Positions 27,567 through 38,470 of a DNA stretch of 64,000 nucleotides are shown here, in pieces (position 1 is the first letter of the stretch; every line of letters starts with the position of its first letter). A program made the translations under genes and the position numbers. The stretch is from an uncultured Verrucomicrobiae bacterium. Its GTDB lineage: Bacteria; Verrucomicrobiota; Verrucomicrobiia; Chthoniobacterales; JACTMZ01. The stretch lies in the NCBI GenBank assembly GCA_963776165.1, contig CAVZLI010000008.1:351424-415423 (forward strand). Reading direction: 5' to 3'. Under the pieces are notes generated by a model. The model was not told the DNA's origin. It ran no database searches and worked only from the letters and a program-made list of their open reading frames with translations.

Positions 27567-30500
27567 TCAGCTGCTATGCGCCTCCTTCGCGTGGCCGGCC
27601 CCGTGGCCGTTGTGTCCGTCGCCGTGCCCACCGTGGTGCGGATGACCGTTGGCCCAGCCGACTTTGTCCGCGCCGGGCATGGCCATGTTCGGGTTTTTAA
27701 TGCGCGCGAGGTAGGTCGTGCGCGGGCCGACGTTGAGATATTTCAGCATCTGGTAGTTGCGGGGCTCGGTCTTCAACTTGGCCACGCGGCTCTCCGGATT
27801 CCTGATGTTGCCGAAAACGATGGATTCCGACGGGCAAGCCTGCTGGCAGGCGCTCTTCACTTCGGGGAAAGGCACGAGCGATTTGTCCGAGGCGCCGGCC
27901 CGCACGGTCTGCGTGATGCGCGCTTCCTCGATGCGCTGGATGCAATACGTGCACTTTTCCATCACGCCGCGCATGCGCACGGTAACGTTCGGGTTTTTCG
28001 ACATCTGCAGGCTGTCGGCCATGCCTTTCTTGGCGAAAGGTCCGAGGTAGAGCTGGTCGAGCGGACGCTGGTTGTAGTCGAAGAAATTGAAACGGCGCAC
28101 CTTCCACGGGCAGTTGTTCGCGCAGTAACGCGTGCCGATGCAGCGGTTGTAGACCATCAGGTTGAGGCCGTCGTCGCTGTGCACGGTGGCATTGACCGGA
28201 CAAACGGTCTCGCAGGGCGCGTTCTCGCATTGCTGGCACATGATGGCCTGCGAGAGCATCTCGGGATCGTTTTCGTCGCCGGCAAAGTATCGGTCCATGC
28301 GGATCCACGCCATGTTGCGTCCGCGCGAGACCTGGTCCTTGCCGACAATGGGCACGTTGTTCTCGGCTTGGCAGGCCACGACGCAGGCGTTGCAACCGGT
28401 GCAGGTGCTGAGGTCGACGGTCATGCCCCACTGCTCGGGCGAGGTGAGCGGCGGATGGGTGAAGAGCGAAATGTTCGGCGGGATGTGTCCGTCCATGCCC
28501 ATGGTCTGGGCGAAGGTCGGATCTTTGGCATAGCGCTCGGCCGTGCCCTCGCGCACGAGGTCGCGGCCTTCCATGCTCTGGTGCGTCTGCGTCTCGGCGA
28601 ATTTGTGCTTCGCCCCCGTGCGCTTGAGCGAGGCGTTCGACACGTAGGACATGCCGCGCGTGCTGCGCAGCGGGTAAGCATTGGTGCCGACTTTGTCCGA
28701 GACGTGCGTGATATTCACGCGTCCGTAACCGAGCGCGATGCTCACCGCGCCGTCGGCATGGCCGGGGGCGATGAGCGCCGGGGCTTCGATCGAACGGTCG
28801 CCGGAGGCCAACGCAACTACGTCGCCGGTCGCGACCCCGAGTTCCTTGGCCGTGGCCGGACTGATCAGCGCTGCGTTGTCCCACGTGATCTTGGTGGCGA
28901 AGTCGGGCGTTTCCTGCAGCCAGCCGTTGTTGGCGTAGCGTCCATCGTCGAGCGTGCTGCTCGGCATGAAAGCGAGTTCGAGTCCGCCCGTTTCCGGACG
29001 GTAAGCGGCGGCCAGTGCGGTGGCCCCGGCCGCGTTGAAGGTCAACGGTGCGTCGGGCCACGCGGTGTCGGGAAGGAAACCGTTGCGCAGGAAGGCCGTC
29101 CACTTCGCCTCGAGATCGCCGCCACCGGCGATCTGCGCGAAGGTGTCGCGCACGAGTTGCGGACCGATCGGTTGCTCGTTGCCGGCCAGGCGGTTGAGGA
29201 TTTCCAGTTCGTTCACCCCGTCCCACAGCGGGAGAATCATCGGTTGCACGGCGCAAATGGTGCCGTCGGCACTGCGCGTATCGCCCCAGCTTTCAAGGTA
29301 ATGGGCCTGCGGCACATGCCACGTGCTGAGGGCGGAGGTTTCGTCTTCGTAAAGTCCGAGCCGCACGCTGACCGGCACGCCGGCGAGGAGATCGCCGAAG
29401 CGCAAATCGGCCGGCGCGTTGTAGACGGGATTGCCGCCGAGGATGAAAAGATTCTGCACGCGTCCGGCCTGCATGGCGGCGGCCAGTTCCGTGATGCCCG
29501 CAGCCTGCGGCGCGGTGACGCGCATACCGCGAAGGGTCTGGCCCGGGGCGCCGAGCGCGTTGTTGATGGCGAAGCCGAGCGCTTGCACCGCGGCGGGTTG
29601 CTGGTCGCCGACAACCACCACGCTCTTGCCACGCGAAGCGGCGAGGTCCTTGGCACACTGGGCGATCCAAGCCGGATCGGCAGAGAGGGCACCTTCGGGA
29701 AACGCGGCAACCACGGAGGTCAAATTGGCATCGCCGGTCAACGCGGCGACTTGCTGTCCGAGCGCACGCAGAAACGGTGCAACCTCCGACGGTTTGACGC
29801 GCAGGCGATGGTCGGCGAGGCCACCGGTGGACGAGTAATGCGTCTCGGCCACGTAAAGACGGTTCATCGGCTGGCCCGGCTCGCTGATGCGGCGGCGGGC
29901 CATGAACCCGCGCACTTGCTCGAGCCCGCTGAAGGACGCATTGAGAAAATCGCTGTCGACGGCGAGGACTTTGTCGGCGCGGCTGAAATCGGGGGTCACC
30001 ACGGTGCCCGGCCCGAAAGAAGCCGCCACCGCGACGTCGGCTTCACCAGCCCCGAGTGGTTCGTATTCGGCCCAGAGGAGGTTCGGGAATTTCTGACGCA
30101 ATTGCGCGAGCAGGCGGTCGCGAGTGGGCGAGGCGTTGCGCTCGACGAGGAAGGCGAGGCCCTGGCCATCGTTGGCCGCGGCAGCGGTGGCGATTTCATC
30201 GAGCTGGGCACCGAGCGCAGCGGCGTCGGTTTTCGCCCCGCCGGTGGTGATCACCTTCGAACGGTTCGGGTCATAGAGGTCGAGGACGGAAGCCTGCGCG
30301 AAGGTGTCGGTGGCGCCGTTGCTGATGGGATGCAGCGGGTTGCCTTCGAGCTTGGTCGGACGTCCATCGCTCGTCGTGGCGATGAGCGGCATGGCGCCGT
30401 TGCGGCGCGGCATGGACGTTGCGTAGTAGAGGAATTTGCCGGGGATGGTCCACTCGACGCCATTGGTGAACGGCACGATGTAAGCCTCGGGACGGCGGCA

Positions 30501-30713
30501 ACCGGTCAGGCCGATGCCGGCCAGGGCCATGGAACCGCCCATGAGCTGGAGGAAATTGCGGCGCGACATTTCGCCGCCGTGCCACTCGGCTGCGCCCTGC
30601 GGGAATTCGCGCTCGAGCTTCTCCGTGAAATCGGGCGAAGACGCCAATTCGTCGAGGCTGCGCCAGAGGTTGGGACGCGCTTCGCGCTCGGGATGGGGCA
30701 GGACGCGTTTCAT
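27567..30713 (-). CDS. actB: Alternative complex III subunit B (molybdopterin-oxidoreductase-like plus Fe-S)
   Basis: WRSLDE, SRRNFL (Tat variant), [43 protein letters not shown]. Confidence 0.96.
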   Translation of the reverse strand: MKRVLPHPEREARPNLWRSLDELASSPDFTEKLEREFPQGAAEWHGGEMSRRNFLQLMGGSMALAGIGLTGCRRPEAYIVPFTNGVEWTIPGKFLYYATSMPRRNGAMPLIATTSDGRPTKLEGNPLHPISNGATDTFAQASVLDLYDPNRSKVITTGGAKTDAAALGAQLDEIATAAAANDGQGLAFLVERNASPTRDRLLAQLRQKFPNLLWAEYEPLGAGEADVAVAASFGPGTVVTPDFSRADKVLAVDSDFLNASFSGLEQVRGFMARRRISEPGQPMNRLYVAETHYSSTGGLADHRLRVKPSEVAPFLRALGQQVAALTGDANLTSVVAAFPEGALSADPAWIAQCAKDLAASRGKSVVVVGDQQPAAVQALGFAINNALGAPGQTLRGMRVTAPQAAGITELAAAMQAGRVQNLFILGGNPVYNAPADLRFGDLLAGVPVSVRLGLYEDETSALSTWHVPQAHYLESWGDTRSADGTICAVQPMILPLWDGVNELEILNRLAGNEQPIGPQLVRDTFAQIAGGGDLEAKWTAFLRNGFLPDTAWPDAPLTFNAAGATALAAAYRPETGGLELAFMPSSTLDDGRYANNGWLQETPDFATKITWDNAALISPATAKELGVATGDVVALASGDRSIEAPALIAPGHADGAVSIALGYGRVNITHVSDKVGTNAYPLRSTRGMSYVSNASLKRTGAKHKFAETQTHQSMEGRDLVREGTAERYAKDPTFAQTMGMDGHIPPNISLFTHPPLTSPEQWGMTVDLSTCTGCNACVVACQAENNVPIVGKDQVSRGRNMAWIRMDRYFAGDENDPEMLSQAIMCQQCENAPCETVCPVNATVHSDDGLNLMVYNRCIGTRYCANNCPWKVRRFNFFDYNQRPLDQLYLGPFAKKGMADSLQMSKNPNVTVRMRGVMEKCTYCIQRIEEARITQTVRAGASDKSLVPFPEVKSACQQACPSESIVFGNIRNPESRVAKLKTEPRNYQMLKYLNVGPRTTYLARIKNPNMAMPGADKVGWANGHPHHGGHGDGHNGHGAGHAKEAHSS

Positions 30714-30714
30714 T

Positions 30715-31368
30715 TTAGCGATGGCATCCTCCGCAGCCGACCGGCGGGTTGACGTTCCATTCCTTCTTGTATTGCGCGCCCATGGCCAGCTGCTCCTGGG
30801 CGGAGGCCGGGCGCCAGTTGAGGTTGTAGATTTCCGAGGGCGGACGCAGGAATTTTTCCGGCTCGCGGTGGCACTCGAGACACCAGGCCATGCTGAGCGG
30901 TTCGGCCTGGTAGACGACAGGCATGGCGTTGATCTGTCCGTGGCAGCTGTAACAGCTGATGCCGCGGTTCACGTGCACGGCATGGTTGAAGTAGACATAA
31001 TCGGGCGCCTTGTGGATGCGGATCCATTCGACCGGTGTGCCGGTTTCCCAGCTGGCCTTGACCGCGGCCAATTTCGGGCTCTGGGCTTTGATCTGCGAAT
31101 GGCAGGCCATGCAGGTCTGGGTGTCGGGGACATTCGAGTGAGCAGCCACCTCGACGTGGGTATGACAGTAGCGGCAGTCCATCCCGAGTTGCTCCACGTG
31201 GATGGCGTGGGAAAAGGGCGCCGGCTGCTCCGGCATGTAGCCCACGTTGGTGTATTTCGGCGTGAAATAATACCAGATGCCGCCCGTCACCACCGCGCCG
31301 AGCACCAGCACAATGACCAGCAACTTCAAGGGCAGCCAGTTCGTCCAGCTTGGGAAAAAGTTTGCCAT
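30715..31368 (-). CDS. actA: Alternative complex III pentaheme cytochrome c subunit A
   Basis: Five CxxCH motifs (CRYCH, CMACH, CYSCH, CLECH, CGGCH). Confidence 0.94.
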   Translation of the reverse strand: MANFFPSWTNWLPLKLLVIVLVLGAVVTGGIWYYFTPKYTNVGYMPEQPAPFSHAIHVEQLGMDCRYCHTHVEVAAHSNVPDTQTCMACHSQIKAQSPKLAAVKASWETGTPVEWIRIHKAPDYVYFNHAVHVNRGISCYSCHGQINAMPVVYQAEPLSMAWCLECHREPEKFLRPPSEIYNLNWRPASAQEQLAMGAQYKKEWNVNPPVGCGGCHR

Positions 31369-31499
31369 CCAATTAACGCAAAAACCGCTGCCGTGGGCGC
31401 GGATCGGATGAGCGTAGTATTAACTCAGCTAATAGCAACACTGTTTTCTCTCTGACAAAAATTGTGAAATCCGGCCCGCTTTGTGCGTAAGCTCGGCCG

Positions 31500-31988
31500 A
31501 TGCACCTGCCAGCCCGGACGCACTTTACCACCGCGCTCGTTATGATCGCGGGTGTTCTATTTCATTTTCAGCAAGCCGAGGCCCGCACGCCGCCGCAGGA
31601 AACGCTGCCCACCGTCACGCTGCGCATCGGGGCGCTCACGGTCGAAGCCGAAGTGGCCGACGAAACCGACGAGCGGACTCTCGGTTTGATGGGTCGTGAG
31701 GAGTTGGCCGAGGGCAAAGGCATGCTTTTCGTCTTCCGCGAACCGCAAGCCATGAGCTTTTGGATGCGCGACACCTTGGTGCCGCTCTCCATCGCCTACA
31801 TCAACGCCGGCGGCGTCATCCGCGAGATCCATGAACTCCAGCCGCTCGATGAAACGCCGGCCCGCAGCGCCTTCCGCGACCTCCTCTACGCCCTCGAAGT
31901 TCCGCAGGGCTGGTTCCACAAAAACAAAATCCTCCCGGGCGACCGCATCCTCGGACTCCCCTCGCCCGCAACCGCGCAGCCGGATTGA
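31500..31988 (+). CDS. DUF192 domain protein
   Basis: GLMGRE.L...GMLFVF...FWMRDTLVPLSIAYI...ALEV..GWF. Confidence 0.92.
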   Translation: MHLPARTHFTTALVMIAGVLFHFQQAEARTPPQETLPTVTLRIGALTVEAEVADETDERTLGLMGREELAEGKGMLFVFREPQAMSFWMRDTLVPLSIAYINAGGVIREIHELQPLDETPARSAFRDLLYALEVPQGWFHKNKILPGDRILGLPSPATAQPD

Positions 31989-32065
31989 GCGCGGGCGGCT
32001 CCTTGCCACGTCTCAAAGGAAGCCTCATAGCAACGTCCCGAAGCTTCTTGAATTCTGCGGAATCA

Positions 32066-32137
32066 GGGGGAACGGGCGTCTCGCCGGCGTCTCGCCCGTT
32101 TTCCCACAAACGTCACGGGCGGGACGCCCGTGCCCCC
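32066..32137. repeat. GGCACGGGCGTCCCGCCCGTG-type REP-like palindrome pair
   Basis: ACGGGCGTCTCGCC(C)GT and CACGGGCGGGACGCCCGTGCCCC. Confidence 0.55.
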
Positions 32138-32191
32138 TGCCCAAGCCAAAAATCTGTGAGCAATGGAAGGTTGGTATAACATCGGCTCGCC

Positions 32192-33436
32192 ATGTCCTCG
32201 CGTCCGCAACCAACCACTGCCGAGCTTTACGCGCAATTTGTCATACCGACCTACGCCCGCTTCCCGCTGGCGCTCGTCCGCGGCGAGGGCGTGCGCGTAT
32301 GGGACGAAGAGGGCCGCGCCTACCTCGACTTCACCTCCGGCATTGCGGTCAATTCCCTCGGTCACGCCCATCCGGCCCTCCGCGAGGCTCTTGCGAACCA
32401 AGCCGGCACATTGATTCACACGTCGAATCTCTACCTCACACGATCCCAGGCTGAATTGGCCCGGCGCCTTGTCGGTTTCGTTGGACTCCCGGGGAAAATC
32501 TTTTTCTGCAACAGCGGGGCCGAAGCCAACGAAGGGCTTTACAAACTGGCGCGCAAACACGGCGCACCGCGCGGGCGCCATGAAATCATCACCCTCGACA
32601 ACTCGTTCCACGGACGCACGCTCGGCGGCATCGCCGCCACCGGCCAGCTGAAGGTCAAACTGGGCTTCGGTCCGCCGGTCGACGGCTTCATCAACGTCCC
32701 CGCGCGGATCGAATGCGTGGAAAACGCGGTCAGCGCCAAAACAGCCGCCATCATGGTCGAACCGATCCAAGGCGAAGGCGGGGTGCGCCCGCTCTCCGCG
32801 GATTTCCTGTGTGCGCTGCGTTCGCTGTGCGACGAGCACGGGCTGCTTTTGCTTTATGACGAAGTGCAATGCGGTCTCGGGCGCACCGGATCTTGGTGCG
32901 GCTGGCACGCGGCGGGCGCGGAGGATGCGGCGCCCGATGCGGTCAGTTGGGCCAAGGGCATCGGCGGCGGATTCCCCCTCGGCGCCTTCTGGGTGCGCGA
33001 CCCCTTCGCCGATTTGCTCGGACCGGGCACGCATGGCACCACTTATGGGGGCTCTCCCCTCGCCTGCGCCGCGGCGAACGCGGTGTTCGACACCATCGAA
33101 AAAGAAAACCTCTTGGCCAATGCGAGGGAACGCGGCGCACAATTGACCGCCGCCGTGGAAAAGCTCCCGCTCGTTCGCGAAGTGCGCGGAGCCGGTCTTC
33201 TCCTCGGGGTCGAAGTAGAGGATTTCGCGCCGTCCGAGGACGAGAAAGGCACGCCGGCGCTCCGCTTGACCAAGCGTCTGATCTCCGCGGGACTGCTGGT
33301 CGTTCCCGCCGGAGAGCAAACCATCCGCCTGCTGCCGCCGCTCAATGTCAGTGCGGACGAGTGCGCCGAGGCCATCGGGATCCTGCGGGGCGTCCTCGCG
33401 CAGGCGCAAAGTGGAAGCAGCGGCGCCGCCGCTTGA
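32192..33436 (+). CDS. argD: Acetylornithine aminotransferase
   Basis: NSGAEANE, FHGRT, EPIQGEGG, DEVQCG, AKG; upstream of argF. Confidence 0.93.
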   Translation: MSSRPQPTTAELYAQFVIPTYARFPLALVRGEGVRVWDEEGRAYLDFTSGIAVNSLGHAHPALREALANQAGTLIHTSNLYLTRSQAELARRLVGFVGLPGKIFFCNSGAEANEGLYKLARKHGAPRGRHEIITLDNSFHGRTLGGIAATGQLKVKLGFGPPVDGFINVPARIECVENAVSAKTAAIMVEPIQGEGGVRPLSADFLCALRSLCDEHGLLLLYDEVQCGLGRTGSWCGWHAAGAEDAAPDAVSWAKGIGGGFPLGAFWVRDPFADLLGPGTHGTTYGGSPLACAAANAVFDTIEKENLLANARERGAQLTAAVEKLPLVREVRGAGLLLGVEVEDFAPSEDEKGTPALRLTKRLISAGLLVVPAGEQTIRLLPPLNVSADECAEAIGILRGVLAQAQSGSSGAAA

Positions 33437-33511
33437 CCCATCGACAAGCGGCAGGATGCCACTTCTACCTTATTTACCCCGGCGCGCCATTGCGGGTAAG
33501 CTCATGCAACG

Positions 33512-34408
33512 ATGAATCACCTCCTCAGCATCGAGTCCCTCGACGCGGCGAAGATCCACGAAATCCTCGCCCGCGCGGCGGAAATGAAACACCACCGGGG
33601 ACCGCATCCGGAAGCGCCGCTGCACGGCGAATGCTGGGCTCTCATGTTCTCGAAATCCTCGACCCGCACACGCTTGAGTTTCGAGGTCGGCATCCGCGAA
33701 TTGGGCGGACAGCCGATTTTTCTCGCGGCCAATGACATCCAACTCGGCCGCGGCGAACCCATCCGCGACACAGCGCGCGTCATGGGCCGCATGGTCCACG
33801 GCGCGGTCATCCGCACCTACGCACAAACCGACGTCGAGGAATTCGCCGCCTTGAGCGGGATCCGCACGATCAACGCCCTGACCGACGAGGAGCATCCGTG
33901 CCAGATCCTGAGCGACCTTTTCACCATCGTGGAGAAGCGCGGGTCGCTCGAAGAATTGACCGTGACCTTCATCGGCGACGGCGATTGCAATGTGGCGCGT
34001 TCGTGGATCTGGGCCGCGGCCAAGCTCGGGTTTGCCTTGCGCATCGCCGCACCGTCCAAATTCCAACCGCCGGCCGACCTCGTGCAGCGCGCGGGCGGCG
34101 ACATCACCGTGACGACCGACGTTGCCGGCGCGAGCACGGGCGCCGACGTCCTCTACACCGACGTGTGGATCAGCATGGGCAAGGAAGATGAGGCCGCTTT
34201 CCGCGTCGCCCAGTTCGGCGGTTACCAGATCAACCGCGCGACCGTCGAGGCGGCCGGCGGATCGCCGCTGGTTATGCACTGCCTGCCCGCCTACCGCGGG
34301 AAGGAAATCACCGATGACGTTTTCGAGGCCCACGCGCAGACCATTTTCGACCAGGCCGAAAATCGCCTGCACACGCAGAAAGCGGTCCTGACCTTGCTCG
34401 AAAAGTAG
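33512..34408 (+). CDS. argF: Ornithine carbamoyltransferase
   Basis: STRTR, HPCQ, SMG, MHCLP, AENRLH. Confidence 0.96.
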   Translation: MNHLLSIESLDAAKIHEILARAAEMKHHRGPHPEAPLHGECWALMFSKSSTRTRLSFEVGIRELGGQPIFLAANDIQLGRGEPIRDTARVMGRMVHGAVIRTYAQTDVEEFAALSGIRTINALTDEEHPCQILSDLFTIVEKRGSLEELTVTFIGDGDCNVARSWIWAAAKLGFALRIAAPSKFQPPADLVQRAGGDITVTTDVAGASTGADVLYTDVWISMGKEDEAAFRVAQFGGYQINRATVEAAGGSPLVMHCLPAYRGKEITDDVFEAHAQTIFDQAENRLHTQKAVLTLLEK

Positions 34409-34460
34409 CACCCGCGCACCTCCGGCGGTTTTGGCATCAAAGCTGCTGCGATTTCGGGTC

Positions 34461-35561
34461 ATGAAGCGTCCCAAAATTGAGCGGATCGGTGTGCTGACCA
34501 GCGGCGGGGATTGTCCGGGACTCAATGCGGTCATCCGCGGCGTGGTCCGCGCGGCTCATGAGCAAGGGTGGGAGACCTACGGATTTTCCGACGGCTACGA
34601 GGGGCTCCTCTCGCCGGTGCGCTACCGCAAGCTCGATCCGAACGGGGTGGACAGCATTATGCCGATGGGGGGCACCATCCTCGGCACGGTCAACCGCGGA
34701 CGCTTCGCCGCCAAGGTCGGCGCGGGCAAGAAGGCGGAAATTCCGAAGGCTATCCTCAGTGAGGCACGCGAGACGTTCGAAGGCCTCGGGCTCGGGGCGC
34801 TGGTTTGCATCGGCGGCGACGGCTCCCTCAGCACCTCGCTGCAATTGCAAAAAGCCGGCGTGCCGGTGGTCGGCGTGCCCAAGACGATCGACAACGATTT
34901 GTCGGCCACCAACATGACCTTCGGCTTCGACTCGGCCGTGGAAATCGTCGTCGATTCCCTCGACCGCCTGCACACCACAGCGCGCAGCCACAAGCGGATC
35001 ATGGTCGTCGAGGTGATGGGACGCCATGCCGGATGGATCGCCCTGCATGGCGGGCTGGGCGGCGGTGCCGATGTCATTCTCATCCCGGAAATCCCCTACC
35101 GCAAAAAAGTGCTCATCGACCTGCTCAAGCAACGCAAAGCCGACGGCTTCGCCAGCACCATGATCGTCGTGGCCGAGGGGGCGAAGGAACACGGGAAGAA
35201 GCTGGTGACCAAGGAAGCCAAACTGCGCGGCAAAGGCGAAGTGCGGCTCGGGGGCATCGGCGAGCAATTGGCCGAGGACCTCGAGGCGGCGACGCGTCAG
35301 GAAGCACGCTTCGTCACGCTCGGCCATCTGCAACGGGGCGGCACGCCGAGCGCACTCGACCGCATCCTCGCCACCCGCTTCGGCGTCGGCGCCGTGCGGC
35401 TCATCGCCGAAGGGAAATTCGGACACATGGTGAGCTACCTCGACTACCACGTCGGCGGCGTGCCCATCGCCAAAGCGGTGAGCAAACTGCGCACCGTCCG
35501 GCCGGACTCGGAAACCGTAGCCTCCGCACGCTCGGTCGGGATTTGCTTCGGCGACCGTTGA
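34461..35561 (+). CDS. pfkA: 6-phosphofructokinase (GGDG / PKTIDND type)
   Basis: TSGGDCPGLN, GGDGS, PKTIDND, EVMGR, GHLQRGG. Confidence 0.95.
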   Translation: MKRPKIERIGVLTSGGDCPGLNAVIRGVVRAAHEQGWETYGFSDGYEGLLSPVRYRKLDPNGVDSIMPMGGTILGTVNRGRFAAKVGAGKKAEIPKAILSEARETFEGLGLGALVCIGGDGSLSTSLQLQKAGVPVVGVPKTIDNDLSATNMTFGFDSAVEIVVDSLDRLHTTARSHKRIMVVEVMGRHAGWIALHGGLGGGADVILIPEIPYRKKVLIDLLKQRKADGFASTMIVVAEGAKEHGKKLVTKEAKLRGKGEVRLGGIGEQLAEDLEAATRQEARFVTLGHLQRGGTPSALDRILATRFGVGAVRLIAEGKFGHMVSYLDYHVGGVPIAKAVSKLRTVRPDSETVASARSVGICFGDR

Positions 35562-35601
35562 GACGACTCATCGTTCCCAAGCTGTCAGAGTTTCCGCGGT
35601 C

Positions 35602-35700
35602 CCGGGGAGCACGTGCGCCCTCGCGCGTGGCGCTTGGGCTCGAACGGGTTCATCGGCGAGGCGCCGATGATTACGGCCGGGGCGGCCGTGCTCCCCGGGA
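35602..35700. repeat. Family-C REP doublet between convergent genes
   Basis: CCGGGGAGCACG...CGTGCTCCCCGG inverted ends. Confidence 0.7.
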
Positions 35701-35747
35701 CCGGAAATACGGCCTCCAACTCGTAGAGGCTCGGTCGGAGAGCGTCT

Positions 35748-36641
35748 TTACCACCCGACCGGGTGCCAAGCCGTCTTGAACTCGACCGTGTCGAGGATCC
35801 ACTGAGGCCGGTCGGCCACGCGCCAGTCGCCGACGGGCACTGTATGGCGAGCATAGCGCTTCATGTTTGTCGCCGTGCCTTCATGCAGCGTCTTGTCGAG
35901 GGCCGCGTCCTCGCAACCATTGACGATGGCGTTCACATCCATGTGCGTGGCCGCGGTCGGCGCGATGTCGGCACGGTGCCCGGAAAGAATATTGACCACC
36001 CCGCCAGGCAGGTCGCTGGTGGCGAGAATTTCACCGAAAGTCAGGGCGGGTAGCGGGTATTTTTCCGAGGTTACCACGACGCAGGTGTTGCCCGTGAGAA
36101 TGGTCGCCGCGACCAGATGGACGAGCGCGACAAAGGAGGGCGTGTCGGGACAAAAAACCACGACCACCCCGGTGCCTTCCGGATAGGTGAAATTGAAGTG
36201 CGGCGAGGAGACCGGATTGACCGAGCCGAAGACGGCGGTGAATTTGTCGGTCCATCCCGCGTAGTGCACGAGTAACTCGACCGCATCAGCCACTTCGCGG
36301 CGCGCCGCCGCAGCGGAGCATCCCGTGCTGCGCGCGATCTCGCGTTCCATTTCCTCGGCGCGCATTTCGAGCATTTCCGCAGCGCGGTAAAGAATCTGAC
36401 CCTTCAAGTAAGCGGCCGAGCCGCTCCATTTTCCGAAGGCCTTGCGGGCGGCGACCACCGCATCGCGGAAATCTTTGCGCGATCCGCGGCAGACTTGCGC
36501 CAGCGTCGTCTTGCCGTCCGGGGACAGCGCCGGGACGACCTTGCCGCTTTCCGAGCGGATGAAGGCGCCGCCGACATACATCTTGTAGGTCTTGAGCACT
36601 TGCAGGCGGCCGTTTCTTGCCGTGGCGGGGGTCTTTGCCAT
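35748..36641 (-). CDS. Short aldehyde dehydrogenase-family protein lacking the catalytic domain
   Basis: KTYKMYVGGAF.RSESG, SRKDFRDAV.AAR, DLPGGVVNILSG, KTAWHP; 297 aa. Confidence 0.85.
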   Translation of the reverse strand: MAKTPATARNGRLQVLKTYKMYVGGAFIRSESGKVVPALSPDGKTTLAQVCRGSRKDFRDAVVAARKAFGKWSGSAAYLKGQILYRAAEMLEMRAEEMEREIARSTGCSAAAARREVADAVELLVHYAGWTDKFTAVFGSVNPVSSPHFNFTYPEGTGVVVVFCPDTPSFVALVHLVAATILTGNTCVVVTSEKYPLPALTFGEILATSDLPGGVVNILSGHRADIAPTAATHMDVNAIVNGCEDAALDKTLHEGTATNMKRYARHTVPVGDWRVADRPQWILDTVEFKTAWHPVGW

Positions 36642-36660
36642 AGTTTGGCGAACTTATCCA

Positions 36661-37608
36661 ATGAGCCTGTCGAAGGACGAGACAATATTCGTGGCCGGAC
36701 ACCGCGGCATGGTCGGCAGCGCCATCCATGGCAAGTTGCGCGAGGAAGGATTTTCCAAGGTCCTCGGACGCACCCGCCAAGAACTCGACCTGCTCGACCG
36801 CGCCGCGGTGCGCGCTTTCTTCGAGAAGGAGCGTCCGTCCATCGTCGTCGACGCCGCGGCCAAAGTCGGCGGCATCCTGGCCAACAACGAGCAGCCGGTC
36901 GAGTTCCTCCTGCAGAATCTCACCATCCAGAACAACCTCATCGAAGCTGCCGCCGACTTCGGCACGCGCAAGCTGCTCTTTCTCGGCAGCTCGTGCATCT
37001 ACCCGAAGATGGCGCCGCAACCGATCCCCGAGAGTGCGCTGCTGACCGGTCCGCTCGAGCCGACCAACGACGCTTACGCGCTGGCCAAGATCGCCGGGAT
37101 CAAGCTCTGCCAGTCCTACGCGCGCCAATACGGGAAGAATTTCATCAGCGGCATGCCGACCAATTTGTATGGTCCGCACGACAACTACGATCTGCGCAAC
37201 TCGCACGTCCTGCCGGCATTCATCCGCAAAGTGCACGAAGCCAAACAGGCCGGCGCCAAAAGCATCACCGTCTGGGGCACGGGCACGCCGCGCCGCGAAT
37301 TCCTCCACACCACCGACCTGGCCGAGGCCTGCCTTTTCCTCCTCGGGAATTATGACGAACCGGATCTGGTCAATATCGGCTGCGGCGAAGACGTGACCAT
37401 CCGCGAATTGGCCGAGACGGTCTGCGACGTGCTCGGTTTCGACGGCACGCTGGAATTCGACGCGAGCAAACCCGACGGCACCCCGCGCAAACTGCTCGAT
37501 ATCTCGAAGATCAAAGCCCTCGGCTGGAGTCCGAGGATTTCCCTGCGCGAAGGTATCGCCGACGCCTACCGCTGGTTCCGGGAGAACTACGAAGACGCGC
37601 GCCTTTGA
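36661..37608 (+). CDS. fcl: GDP-L-fucose synthase
   Basis: GHRGMVGSA, LGSSCIYP, YALAK, SHVLPA, WGTGTPRREF. Confidence 0.96.
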   Translation: MSLSKDETIFVAGHRGMVGSAIHGKLREEGFSKVLGRTRQELDLLDRAAVRAFFEKERPSIVVDAAAKVGGILANNEQPVEFLLQNLTIQNNLIEAAADFGTRKLLFLGSSCIYPKMAPQPIPESALLTGPLEPTNDAYALAKIAGIKLCQSYARQYGKNFISGMPTNLYGPHDNYDLRNSHVLPAFIRKVHEAKQAGAKSITVWGTGTPRREFLHTTDLAEACLFLLGNYDEPDLVNIGCGEDVTIRELAETVCDVLGFDGTLEFDASKPDGTPRKLLDISKIKALGWSPRISLREGIADAYRWFRENYEDARL

Positions 37609-37623
37609 TGAACCTGCCGCGCG

Positions 37624-37953
37624 TCAGTGCGAGACGCTCTTGGAAAACAGGTTGATCACCGCGACGCCGGCGACGATCAGAGCCATTCCCACAAGGGCAG
37701 GCACGTCGAGTTTCTGGCCGAGCACAAACCAACCGATCAGGGCGATCAACACGATACCAGCGCCACACCATACGGCGTAAGCGACGCCAATCGACATGGT
37801 GCGCAGGGTGAGGGAGAGGAAGTAGAACGCCACCGCGTAACCGACGATCACGAAGAGTGACGGACCAAGCCGCGTGAAACCATCGGAGGCTTTGAGCGCG
37901 GAGGTGGCAATCACCTCGGCCACGATGGCAATGGAAAGGTAGAGGTAGGTCAT
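37624..37953 (-). CDS. SMR-family small multidrug transporter (EmrE-like)
   Basis: [27 protein letters not shown]. Confidence 0.93.
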   Translation of the reverse strand: MTYLYLSIAIVAEVIATSALKASDGFTRLGPSLFVIVGYAVAFYFLSLTLRTMSIGVAYAVWCGAGIVLIALIGWFVLGQKLDVPALVGMALIVAGVAVINLFSKSVSH

Positions 37954-37957
37954 GGTT

Positions 37958-38341
37958 TTAGGGAGCACAGCTCGCGCCGAGGCGCGGCAGGAATACGATC
38001 AATCCGACCACGAGCGCGACAATCGAAGCGAACAGGACCGCGGCGGCGGCGAGGTCTTTGAGTTTTTTGACTTCGGGGTGTTCGTCGGGGTGCGCGAGGT
38101 CGGCGACGTATTCGATGGCGGTGTTGAGGGCCTCGGCGACCCAGACCAAGCCGATGGCGAGAGTGACGGCGAGCCATTCGCCGGGGGATATTTCAAACCA
38201 CCAGCCGAGGGCGAGAACCGCCACAGTGGCGGCGAGATGGATGCGCGCGTGGACTTCGCTTTTGAGCAGCGACGCGATGCCGCGGAAGGCGCAGGCGAAG
38301 CTTTCAGCCTCGCGGGAGAAGAAACCGCGGCGATTGGTCAT
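37958..38341 (-). CDS. dgkA: Prokaryotic diacylglycerol/undecaprenol kinase
   Basis: [18 protein letters not shown]. Confidence 0.88.
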   Translation of the reverse strand: MTNRRGFFSREAESFACAFRGIASLLKSEVHARIHLAATVAVLALGWWFEISPGEWLAVTLAIGLVWVAEALNTAIEYVADLAHPDEHPEVKKLKDLAAAAVLFASIVALVVGLIVFLPRLGASCAP

Positions 38342-38391
38342 CACCGGTCAATATAGCAGATCAGCGACGGAGCCGGATGATTCGTTTTTGT

Positions 38392-38470
38392 GGTGGGGAC
38401 GGCTGGCCCAAGCCGTCCGCTAACTTTCCGCAAATGTGGGCAGCGGCCCGCTGGGCCAGCGGGCCCTACC
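38392..38470. repeat. GTAGGG-type REP doublet overlapping a stop codon
   Basis: GGTGGGGACGGCTGGCCCAAGCCGTCCGC ... GCGGCCCGCTGGGCCAGCGGGCCCTACC. Confidence 0.8.

Noticed and set aside
17404..30752. Very long plus-strand ORFs (651 aa, 1058 aa and others) opposite ctaD and actB
   Set aside because: Typical antisense open frames caused by high GC3 codon bias
31450..31475. TGACAAAAATTGTGAAAT upstream of actA as an FNR/Rex/CRP site
   Set aside because: Only half-site matches; no proper palindrome
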